Below are positions 56,867-64,000 of a stretch of DNA of 64,000 nt, in pieces. The position numbers were made by a program, and so were the translations under genes. The notes beneath the pieces were generated by a model. That model was given only the letters and a program-made list of their open reading frames with translations. It was not told the DNA's origin and ran no database searches. The stretch comes from Promethearchaeota archaeon. GTDB lineage: Archaea > Asgardarchaeota > Lokiarchaeia > Sigyniarchaeales > SOKP01. The stretch spans positions 2,191 to 66,190 of the forward strand of contig JAHLWH010000258.1 of the NCBI GenBank assembly GCA_019058015.1, given 5' to 3'. Every line of letters starts with the position of its first letter. The first letter of the stretch is position 1.

Positions 56867-58399
56867 TTAATAAATTTTTTTTACTTCTTTAATAACTAAA
56901 TCTATCAAATCACTAACATTTGAAATTTGATAAAAGATTGCTCCCTTATCGTATAACTCTTTAAACCTTTTATCCTTATCTTCTCCGATATATGGACTGA
57001 TAAAAAAACCAACAATTTTATGTCCTTTATTTAATAATTTTAACATTCCTTTTCTTGCAGATTTCCAATTATATAACCCAAAATCTGTAATTAAGATGAT
57101 TAAAATATTCTTTTCTGCCTTCTCTGCTAATTTTTCCATAGATTTTATGGGTAAAACCGTTCCACTTCCTTGATATTTTAATAGTCTTTTTTCCGCCTTG
57201 GTATAATCAAATGTCCAATCACAAATATCAGCTCTACCTGAAAAATTGATGATACTGAATTTACACCCTTTTTTAGCAACATAATGTAATACCGCGAATG
57301 CTGCTACTAAGGCAATATGATATGGTGATTTTGAATTCTTACTTATTCTTTTAGAATATGACCAATTCATGGAACCAGATGAATCTAAAACAATCATTAA
57401 ATCTGGAAGTTGTTTTTCTTGCATAATTCCCGGTCCTTCTATAGAAACCCACTTTTTTGTAGTAATATTAGGAATAAGTTTGGGGTAATTCAATAAACTT
57501 TGAACAACATCAAGTTCTTCTAGAGGGTCTCCAATCCTCCAAGTTTCCGGATATGCCGGCATTAATCCACTTGGTTTTTTCTCATATAATTTAATTGAAA
57601 TTAAGTCTTTAGCCAAACCTCGATACCATGTATTTAATACTTCCCCATTTTTTAAAATTCCCGCTTGCACTGCTGGTGATCCAAATTCATTCAAACTCTT
57701 TTCTTTTGCGAATTCTTCGGCTTTCCTATTTTTCGCATCCTCATTATTACTTTTAATCCTATCTGAATTCCGATTTTCTAATGGATTTCCCATTATTTGA
57801 ACAATTTCTTCAGGCATTTCTATAATATTTCCTTTACCATCATCAGAAAATCTACGAGCATTTCCTTCAGTACAGGAGTTTGCCCCAATTCCGATAAGTG
57901 TAAATGTATCATTAACAATTGGTTTCAATATTGCAGCAATTTTTCTTGTTTTTTCCGCCCATTTTGAATCATCTTCAAAATTCTTACTAATAATTTTAGT
58001 AATTCTCTTTGCAGTATTATTTACTTCCCTGAAATCATATTTTTCATCGATTTTTTGATTCCATAAGAGTTCATAACATCTAAAGATCAATTCGGCAAAA
58101 GGTGCAATTTTCTTTTTCTTACCCATAATTCCATTAAAGGTGTGTTGTGCTTCCCATAACATATCCTCTGGATATTTCTGATGTAATTTTGTGTCTATAA
58201 TTAAATCAGCAAAAAAATTTACGACGATCGGAGCAAAAATATTCGAAACCGATTTCATTGCCGCACTTAATAGACGTGCATTTATTAACCCATCATAAGG
58301 AATAAGATCATAATGTCCAATTTCGTGCATAGCATTAACAAAAAAATATCTTACGTAATCATTATTTTCTATAAACAATGGTGCTTGAGCTAAATTCAT
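56867..58399 (-). CDS. Putative HExxH metallopeptidase-vWA protein (DUF2201_N + DUF2201/vWA-like architecture); true N-terminus probably upstream of the annotated ATG
   Basis: NAMHEIGHYD (HExxH) near the N-terminus. C-terminal vWA with MIDAS LMIVLDSSGSM. The same frame stays open for 74 more codons up to the TAG of the preceding AAA+ gene. Confidence 0.75.
   Translation of the reverse strand: MNLAQAPLFIENNDYVRYFFVNAMHEIGHYDLIPYDGLINARLLSAAMKSVSNIFAPIVVNFFADLIIDTKLHQKYPEDMLWEAQHTFNGIMGKKKKIAPFAELIFRCYELLWNQKIDEKYDFREVNNTAKRITKIISKNFEDDSKWAEKTRKIAAILKPIVNDTFTLIGIGANSCTEGNARRFSDDGKGNIIEMPEEIVQIMGNPLENRNSDRIKSNNEDAKNRKAEEFAKEKSLNEFGSPAVQAGILKNGEVLNTWYRGLAKDLISIKLYEKKPSGLMPAYPETWRIGDPLEELDVVQSLLNYPKLIPNITTKKWVSIEGPGIMQEKQLPDLMIVLDSSGSMNWSYSKRISKNSKSPYHIALVAAFAVLHYVAKKGCKFSIINFSGRADICDWTFDYTKAEKRLLKYQGSGTVLPIKSMEKLAEKAEKNILIILITDFGLYNWKSARKGMLKLLNKGHKIVGFFISPYIGEDKDKRFKELYDKGAIFYQISNVSDLIDLVIKEVKKIY
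56915..57045. repeat. Intact partner of the 56081-56210 direct repeat (inside the vWA gene 3' region)
   Basis: Direct comparison of the two segments in the sequence. The offset is about 834-835 bp. Confidence 0.8.
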
Positions 58400-58621
58400 A
58401 GTTATTTGCCATTGTTCAGATATGTCAATATAAAACCCTTCAATACGAGTGTAATCAAATTTAAAGTTTGGAATTGATAAAGGTGGGAAAAAATATTCTT
58501 CTAAAGCCTTAGACCATGCGATTCCTGCAAGATCTCTTAGTTTTTCTTCATTTTGTAGTAATATTTTTTTAGAGACTTCTTTTCGACTCTTGAGTTTTAC
58601 CTTTTTTGATTTAGGTGGCAG
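58400..58621 (-). other. 74-codon start-less in-frame coding extension linking the AAA+ gene stop (TAG 58622-58624) to the HExxH-vWA ORF
   Basis: My hand translation is LPPKSKKVKLKSRKEVSKKILLQNEEKLRDLAGIAWSKALEEYFFPPLSIPNFKFDYTRIEGFYIDISEQWQIT-M... It has no stop and no ATG/GTG/TTG. A stop-free run this long is unlikely by chance in such AT-rich DNA. Confidence 0.6.
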
Positions 58622-60367
58622 CTATTCGTTCTCCTCGATAAAAGGTTCTTTTTCAATTAGTTTTTTCAATTTTAAAGCATCTGATCCTCCAGAAATACCA
58701 AAATTCACCGTTGAATTCTCACTTGTACCAGAAACATTTATCTCAATTAATAAATCTTTAGTCCTGATTTGTTTCGTTTGCCGTTTCTCAAAAGACTGTT
58801 TAATCAATTCATCCAACTCAGGAAATTCAACGGCTATTGAAGCCCATATATCTTGCCAATATTTATATTTGAAATTAAAAACCCTTATGGTTTGTTTATA
58901 TAATTCTTCATTGCAACGATTTATTAAATCCCCGCGATTTGGAAATTCAATGTTTTCTAATAAATCATCTTTAATTTTAGAAAGTATTTCAATATCATTT
59001 CTCTTTGAAGCAGCTGTAATTTCTTTCGCAACTTCTGCATATTTTTTATTATTTAATGTTTTAATTAGTGGGTCTAAATCTTGTTTCACTATTAAATCAT
59101 TATTAACATATTTCTTTAATGTCTGCAAATCGGTCTCTGAACCTTCGCCTAATCTAAATTTATCTAAAACATCATAAGCCTCTTTTCGCTTTAAATATCT
59201 CTTTCTAACATTATCAATTAAATCTTTTGTATAATACAATTTATTTCCATAATATGGACTAGCATTCAATTCTCTATCAGTGAAATTAACTCTATGTGAA
59301 ATCACATATGGTGCAATATTTACTACTAAAGGGAGTTCTATATTATTTAATCCCAATAACCATGCCAATGCTTTTGAATATCTCAGAAGATCTTTTGCTA
59401 CTCTAACGCTTAATATTGAAGAAACCTTATTACAAATATTTACCTTCGTGTTAAAATGACAACCGGAACATAAACCTTCACCCGGTTTTAATTCCTCAAT
59501 ATTTCCTTTATCAATTCGCATACATAAAGTAAACTCACGAATTATTGCATGAATGATATTATTAGCATCTGTGGTGCAATCTATCTTATCAACTTGATAC
59601 CAGATCTCCATAAGTTCATCAAGCGTTAATACCTGAGGCACTTGAACAAGTTCATCGTAGCCACTATATTTTTCATCTCTACCTTTTAATATTATTTGAA
59701 GATCATGACTTGTTGGCATGGAAATTGGAACTGATATACCAAACCTATCTAGAAAAGGTTCCGATAATTCAAAAGTTCCTACATCTTGAGGATTTATTGT
59801 TGCATATAAACAAAATTTTGAAATATTTTTGACCTCATCAAAATATTTAACTTGCCCCTCAGCCAACAATGATAATAATATGTCCTGAGCATATGGAGAC
59901 AACCGATTCACTTCATCAATTATTTTCCAGAAATCTATTACAAATCTTCTCCAACTGACTATTTCCTTTCCTTGCATCAATTCCCCTAATTTTAAAGTTC
60001 CTATTAACTTTTCCTCCGTTAGTTGTGGATGCCCTCGAATTATTGAAGCTTCTATTTCTTTAAGTGATTTCCCGGTAACCATTCTGCCTAATAACTTACA
60101 AATTGAGGTTTTACCACCACCATGTCCTCCAATTAATAACATTGCGGAATTGGGAGCTATTGCGTTAAGCATACAGATTGTTAATATTTCCGGAAGACTT
60201 CTTTTTTCTACTTTTTTCTTTCCCTCTGGAGTGAAAGATATTTCAATATTACGTGAATGAACAAATAACTGATTTGCTTCAAGTAAATTTATAATCTTCC
60301 AAATTTTTTTGCGCAGTAAATTGCTATTTAACTCCTTATTCTGAACTAAGCTTTTTTTTGTCGTCAA
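58622..60367 (-). CDS. MoxR-like AAA+ ATPase with long C-terminal extension
   Basis: Walker A LLIGGHGGGKTS and Walker B KIIDEVNRL (the MoxR-type DE-x-N-R). A cysteine cluster (CSGCH..C) lies in the lid region, followed by ~230 extra C-terminal residues. Immediately upstream of a vWA partner, as in MoxR-vWA pairs. Confidence 0.7.
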   Translation of the reverse strand: MTTKKSLVQNKELNSNLLRKKIWKIINLLEANQLFVHSRNIEISFTPEGKKKVEKRSLPEILTICMLNAIAPNSAMLLIGGHGGGKTSICKLLGRMVTGKSLKEIEASIIRGHPQLTEEKLIGTLKLGELMQGKEIVSWRRFVIDFWKIIDEVNRLSPYAQDILLSLLAEGQVKYFDEVKNISKFCLYATINPQDVGTFELSEPFLDRFGISVPISMPTSHDLQIILKGRDEKYSGYDELVQVPQVLTLDELMEIWYQVDKIDCTTDANNIIHAIIREFTLCMRIDKGNIEELKPGEGLCSGCHFNTKVNICNKVSSILSVRVAKDLLRYSKALAWLLGLNNIELPLVVNIAPYVISHRVNFTDRELNASPYYGNKLYYTKDLIDNVRKRYLKRKEAYDVLDKFRLGEGSETDLQTLKKYVNNDLIVKQDLDPLIKTLNNKKYAEVAKEITAASKRNDIEILSKIKDDLLENIEFPNRGDLINRCNEELYKQTIRVFNFKYKYWQDIWASIAVEFPELDELIKQSFEKRQTKQIRTKDLLIEINVSGTSENSTVNFGISGGSDALKLKKLIEKEPFIEENE

Positions 60368-60550
60368 ATTCTTTCAAATATTAAGTTTGATGAATAAATT
60401 CAGTTTTATAGTTAGCAAAAATAATAAATCCTATAAATTTTTGTATCATTTGATATTATCTTTGAATTTTTTATAATTTTCACTTTTTTAGAAAATCTGT
60501 TGTCTTGTTAAATTTAAATACACATTTTGTTCATTTATTATAAGAAAGAA

Positions 60551-60680
60551 TTGGATTTGCATCGGACTCCGAGGGTATCCCTCAATTGTGAAAGAGGGCA
60601 CTCATATCGAGAGAATAAAGTATTCCCAAATGCTCTTATCGCGGATGGGATAGAGGCTATCGGACTGTAGCCACAAATAA
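60551..60680 (+). ncRNA. GC-rich structured island homologous to a tnpB 3' end: orphan omega-RNA-like / IS right-end relic
   Basis: 60624-60657 (TCCCAAATGCTCTTATCGCGGATGGGATAGAGGC) matches the reverse strand of 8756-8789 at 29 of 34 positions by hand count. Local hairpins are GAGGG-TAT-CCCTC (60571-60583), GATAG-AGG-CTATC (60649-60661) and GCTA-N8-TAGC (60656-60671). ATCGGACT occurs twice (60561, 60659). There is no adjacent tnpB ORF. Confidence 0.45.
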
Positions 60681-60858
60681 TTTATCAAAAACATAGTTGA
60701 TAATATTATTTGAAATATGATTTATCTACTTTAATAAGTTTTAATGGTCTACATAATTAAGAAATTCTATTTATAAAAATATATTTTTAATGGGACAATG
60801 GTGCAATATTAAGATCATAGAATTGTTCTTTATATGATATTTTTTAATATTTAATTCT

Positions 60859-61935
60859 TTAATAGAATCCGTAATAATTGGAAATAGTATTTTCAGAAGG
60901 TTTACCTTTAGGAGTCCATCCGTTATTATTCCAACCACCACCTACATCATGTGTAGTTGGATTGTCCCACCACCAAATAAACATTCCATCTAGCCATTGC
61001 CTACTCGGTGCCGTCGAGAAGAGTGCTTTATAACAGAGGTCTTGGGCATTGGTATCTATTGTACTTTTACCGGTATCAGCAGGATTTTCCCAGCATATTG
61101 GTTGAGATTCATAACCTACTTCCGTAAAAATTATCTGCATTTCGTTAAAATTTGATAAATTATACCATTCTTCGATGTCATTTAAAGCTAAGTTCCAACC
61201 ATTAATTAAATCGGAAAGATTAGGATTATTTCCTTCATATAATGGAAAATAAGCATCAATTCCAACATAATCTAGCAAATTCCAGAAGCAAACAGAATTA
61301 TAATTTGACCAATCTGCAGCATAAGTTAAATTACCTGAATAATGATTCCTGATGCCAGTTATAGTATCCAACCAATCATTGTAACGCATTGTATCACTCG
61401 ATTTATACTCACAACCGATGCAATATAATTCAACATTCTCATCTTCAGCTATTTCTGCATAGTGCCAGATAAACTTTTGATAAGAACTAAACCAAGCACT
61501 CCAATTCAAGGGTTGAAATTCTGCACGCCAGGTTTCGTCTCGGGCGTCAACATATGGTTTTAGCATTACATTTTTATTTTTTAAATGCAAATATTGTATC
61601 GCATAACGGATACTAGCATCTGAAGGAGACTCCTCAGCATGCGGCGCTATAATGGTCGAAATTCCATTTTCTTGATACCATATCGGAATTAACGCCACCC
61701 ATTCGGAGTTTGTAGCCAGCATTCGATCAATATTATCATACTCATTCTTATTAAGCAATAGATCGGTCGCAAACGGAACATAAGTTATTCCTCTTTGAAA
61801 ATTAGGATTTTGTGAAATTATTGGATTATAGAAATCAGATTCTGAATCAACAAAAATTCTTATAATTGCAAATGAGAGAGAAACAATTATAATTATACTA
61901 AATAAAAATATTAATACTCGCTTGTTATTAGGCAT
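60859..61935 (-). CDS. Membrane-anchored putative glycoside hydrolase (TIM-barrel, clan GH-A-like)
   Basis: N-terminal signal anchor (VLIFLFSIIIIVSLSFAII). Aromatic-rich sequence with candidate catalytic Glu contexts YCIGCEY and IFTEVGYES. The family is not assigned. Confidence 0.4.
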   Translation of the reverse strand: MPNNKRVLIFLFSIIIIVSLSFAIIRIFVDSESDFYNPIISQNPNFQRGITYVPFATDLLLNKNEYDNIDRMLATNSEWVALIPIWYQENGISTIIAPHAEESPSDASIRYAIQYLHLKNKNVMLKPYVDARDETWRAEFQPLNWSAWFSSYQKFIWHYAEIAEDENVELYCIGCEYKSSDTMRYNDWLDTITGIRNHYSGNLTYAADWSNYNSVCFWNLLDYVGIDAYFPLYEGNNPNLSDLINGWNLALNDIEEWYNLSNFNEMQIIFTEVGYESQPICWENPADTGKSTIDTNAQDLCYKALFSTAPSRQWLDGMFIWWWDNPTTHDVGGGWNNNGWTPKGKPSENTISNYYGFY

Positions 61936-62054
61936 ATTTCCTCAAAACAATTGATATATTGTCAATTATTTAAAAGATTTTTAACTACATTTAATAATAA
62001 ATGTTTTTATATTTTAATTTAAATTATTTTTCCGACCAATTTTTGTAAATTGGT

Positions 62055-62501
62055 TTATTCTTTATCTTGCTCAGATTTTAGATTTTTGGAAAATTCAATT
62101 AATAATTTTTCGCAATCATTAATAATTCTTTTTACCGGTTCTTTATATTTAAATGCATCCTCTTTAAAATCTTCATTTGTCATCCCATCAATATATCCAT
62201 AAGAAGATAATCCTCTCTTTTTAACTAATTCTCTCAAAATTTTTGAATGATATTTAATTTTATTTAAAAACCATTTAGGAATAGATTGTTTTTTTAAATT
62301 TAAATAAACGTTTGATACATCATGTTTTTTTGGATACTCTATACAGAAAAGTATCAATATTGCTTTGAGAGCTTGTTCGACTGACATCTGGCAGGAATAA
62401 ATTACATCATTCCATCTTTTATCTTCAAATCCTCTAACAGCACTTTGATACCAGCTTTTTGCTCTCTTTAAGGCTTCTTGAGAAATTTCTAAATTATTCA
62501 T
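62055..62501 (-). CDS. HEPN-domain protein (toxin component of a HEPN/MNT pair)
   Basis: SCQMSVEQALKAILIL...YPKKHDVSNVY fits the HEPN (PF05168-type) qQavEKaLKa....p.tHdl pattern. 148 aa. 4-nt overlap with the upstream MNT gene. Confidence 0.7.
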   Translation of the reverse strand: MNNLEISQEALKRAKSWYQSAVRGFEDKRWNDVIYSCQMSVEQALKAILILFCIEYPKKHDVSNVYLNLKKQSIPKWFLNKIKYHSKILRELVKKRGLSSYGYIDGMTNEDFKEDAFKYKEPVKRIINDCEKLLIEFSKNLKSEQDKE

Positions 62502-63253
62502 AATTCAATTATCTCTCCAAATTTAATATCATTCCTTTTCCAATAGAAATCCTCATCGCTATAGAAAATGCGTTTTAGCCCCTTCTTTTTAATTCTTAGT
62601 TTAGTTTTATTAATAAATTTTAAACCAATTTGATTTCTATCAAAAATTAGTAATCCATCCATTGCAATGTCATAAAATAATGTTCTAAATTTATCTAAAT
62701 CTTTATGAAATAAGGATATCTCTTGAATTGGAGTATAAAGATAATTTCCTTGCTCATCTTTTAAGTTATTTTTATCATAAAAATTTAATATAACCTCTGT
62801 TAATTTTTCATCTAATTGCATATTTTTTGATATTTTATTTGAAAATATTATTAATACGTCGATATCGCTTTCTTTAGTCCATTTCCCTCTCGCAACAGAG
62901 CCAAATAATATAACACTTAAAAGATCTTCTTTAAAAATTTCTTTTAATTTAATAAGAAAATTATAAAGATAATCTCTATAAAAGAATGGTAAATGATCAA
63001 AATTTTCATAAATTTCATCCTCATCCAGACTATCTTCAATCTTTTTTAAATTTGTCAAGATATTTTTACCTTTTTCTGTTAATTTGTAAAATCTATCTTT
63101 TTGAACGATAAGATTTTTATTAATTAAAAATTTTAACCTTTTTGATCGAGTATTCTTATTTCTAACACATATGGACAAATCTGTAAATGTAGATTCGAAA
63201 GTAACCTCTAATTTCTTTAATATTTTAAAGCAATAATTATCAATTAGGTCCAT
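62498..63253 (-). CDS. wHTH-fused minimal nucleotidyltransferase (MNT antitoxin-type)
   Basis: LLSVILFGSVARGKWTKESDIDVLIIF carries the G-S-x9-10-D-x-D Pol-beta NTase motif. The N-terminal ~70 aa look like a winged helix (..LKFLINKNLIVQKDRFYKLTEKGK..). Confidence 0.7.
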   Translation of the reverse strand: MDLIDNYCFKILKKLEVTFESTFTDLSICVRNKNTRSKRLKFLINKNLIVQKDRFYKLTEKGKNILTNLKKIEDSLDEDEIYENFDHLPFFYRDYLYNFLIKLKEIFKEDLLSVILFGSVARGKWTKESDIDVLIIFSNKISKNMQLDEKLTEVILNFYDKNNLKDEQGNYLYTPIQEISLFHKDLDKFRTLFYDIAMDGLLIFDRNQIGLKFINKTKLRIKKKGLKRIFYSDEDFYWKRNDIKFGEIIEL

Positions 63254-63425
63254 TATTAAAATAATATTAGTTTATATTTTTATACCTTTGGTTTAAATTC
63301 CAATACAAAAAAATGTTTTTATGGCAAATTTCCAAAAAATTTATAAAATGTATTTAAATCAAATGAAATTAAATAATTTTTAAAAATTTGATTTCTATTT
63401 TAAATATAGACAATAAAATTAATGG

Positions 63426-63998
63426 TTGAAGACGTTGGGTCATTTAAAACACAATCCGAAAAGATCCAAAGAAAAAATTGATGATACTAAAGAAGAACCA
63501 TTACCTCCTAAAAAGTACGTATATCGCAAATCCCGAACAAGCATTTGGATGGTTCTTATCTTTTTAGCCATATCCGGAATTTTAATTATTGCAATTTTTA
63601 TTACATTTACTCCGAGAGAAACAGAAACAATTGAGAAATATGATCTAGTATTACTAGATTATACTATCTGGGTTGAAGAAAATCATGATTACAATTACTC
63701 AAATCCTGTTATTCAAATATACAATACTACATTAAATGTTTCTTCACGGTATGATGAGAATGTAGAGGATGGATTAATATTAGGATTTTATAATGAGCTC
63801 TTAGGAAAGTCTGTTGGGCATGGCCGTACATTTAATATAAATGTAACTATTGATCTTGATAAAGATGGTATTGATGATGTAACTAATAAAGATGCATTAG
63901 GCTATGGATTTCCAGGAGATGGATTGTTATATAATAGAACAATTATGATAAACTATAAAATTTTAGCGATACAAAAAGCTAATGCCACAATAAGTTAA
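63426..63998 (+). CDS. Membrane-anchored protein with possible FKBP-like PPIase domain
   Basis: Basic N-terminus followed by one TM segment (IWMVLIFLAISGILIIAIFI). DLVLLDYTIWVEE... and LILGFYNELLGKSVGHGRTFNI resemble the FKBP 'v.v.Y.g.l' and 'ipGfeeal.Gm.vGe' segments. Non-ATG (TTG) start. Confidence 0.35.
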   Translation: MKTLGHLKHNPKRSKEKIDDTKEEPLPPKKYVYRKSRTSIWMVLIFLAISGILIIAIFITFTPRETETIEKYDLVLLDYTIWVEENHDYNYSNPVIQIYNTTLNVSSRYDENVEDGLILGFYNELLGKSVGHGRTFNINVTIDLDKDGIDDVTNKDALGYGFPGDGLLYNRTIMINYKILAIQKANATIS

Positions 63999-64000
63999 AA

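Noticed and set aside
58590-59177. 195-aa plus-strand ORF overlapping the end of the AAA+ gene and the AAA+/vWA junction
   Set aside because: It is entirely antisense to a well-supported minus-strand CDS and to the in-frame extension. The sequence is Ser/Phe/Ile-rich and low in complexity, typical of a shadow ORF in AT-rich DNA.
60551-60680. GC-rich island as a tRNA, C/D-box sRNA or other standard RNA gene
   Set aside because: No cloverleaf can be drawn: there is no acceptor/T-arm pairing and no GTTCRANNC-like T-loop. There are no clear C (RUGAUGA) / D (CUGA) box pairs. The similarity to the tnpB 3' end is the better explanation.
1-64000. CRISPR arrays, rRNA and tRNA genes
   Set aside because: I saw no regularly spaced direct repeats of 24-40 nt. 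No other GC-rich intergenic islands of tRNA or rRNA size were seen while reading the intergenic regions. None is reported.

Overview
This is a visibly AT-rich window (roughly 30% G+C by eye, not computed) that is densely coding, with about 50 CDSs. I found no rRNA, tRNA or CRISPR array. The gene content looks archaeal. It includes a nurA-herA-mre11-rad50 operon, a geranylgeranyl-reductase-type lipid gene, an intein-bearing B12-dependent class II ribonucleotide reductase, SMC-ScpB, RACo- and CooC-type acetyl-CoA-pathway accessory genes, and a tandem Roadblock/LC7-like protein. An Asgard (Lokiarchaeia-like) or similar uncultured archaeon is a reasonable guess, but that is inference only.

Layout:
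- 1-8.6 kb: sugar-acid/keto-acid catabolic cluster (RidA, split UxaA dehydratase, Gfo/Idh/MocA, IlvD/Edd, ThDP enzyme).
- 8.7-10.0 kb: solo tnpB element bounded by a perfect 18-bp inverted repeat.
- 10-16.5 kb: lipid and miscellaneous genes plus RACo.
- 16.8-20.7 kb: 1275-aa TPR-solenoid protein fused to a C-terminal nitrilase-superfamily (CN-hydrolase) domain.
- 21.8-22.3 kb: truncated, GC-richer oxidoreductase pseudogene.
- 26.2-31.6 kb: co-directional cluster of alpha/beta-hydrolase, JAMM/MPN+ protein, ChlI/ChlD-type AAA+-vWA fusion and ATP-grasp ligase.
- 31.7-32.5 kb: PIG-L deacetylase frameshifted in an 8-nt homopolymer.
- 33-39.7 kb: DSB-repair operon.
- 39.8-43.1 kb: RNR with a LAGLIDADG intein that ends in Tyr-Gln instead of His-Asn.
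- 43.4-47.1 kb: Zn-ribbon protein followed by a tandem pair of about 470-aa JAMM/MPN+ proteins with long coiled-coil tails.
- 47-56 kb: CooC, DDAH-like enzyme, large membrane protein, SMC-ScpB.
- 56-60.4 kb: methyltransferase flanked by a ~130-bp decayed duplication, then a MoxR-like AAA+ gene and an HExxH-vWA gene. These two are in the same frame, separated only by a TAG plus 74 start-less sense codons.
- 60.55-60.68 kb: GC-rich intergenic island homologous to the tnpB 3' end (orphan omega-RNA-like element).
- 62-63.3 kb: HEPN/MNT toxin-antitoxin pair.

Best candidates for something undescribed:
1. The three paralogous long-tailed JAMM/MPN+ proteins: a tandem pair, plus one embedded with AAA+-vWA and ATP-grasp genes.
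2. The TAG-bridged MoxR/HExxH-vWA module.
3. The TPR-CN-hydrolase giant.
4. The TIR-bounded tnpB together with the orphan omega-RNA-like relic.

All family assignments come from motif recognition by eye. No database search was run.
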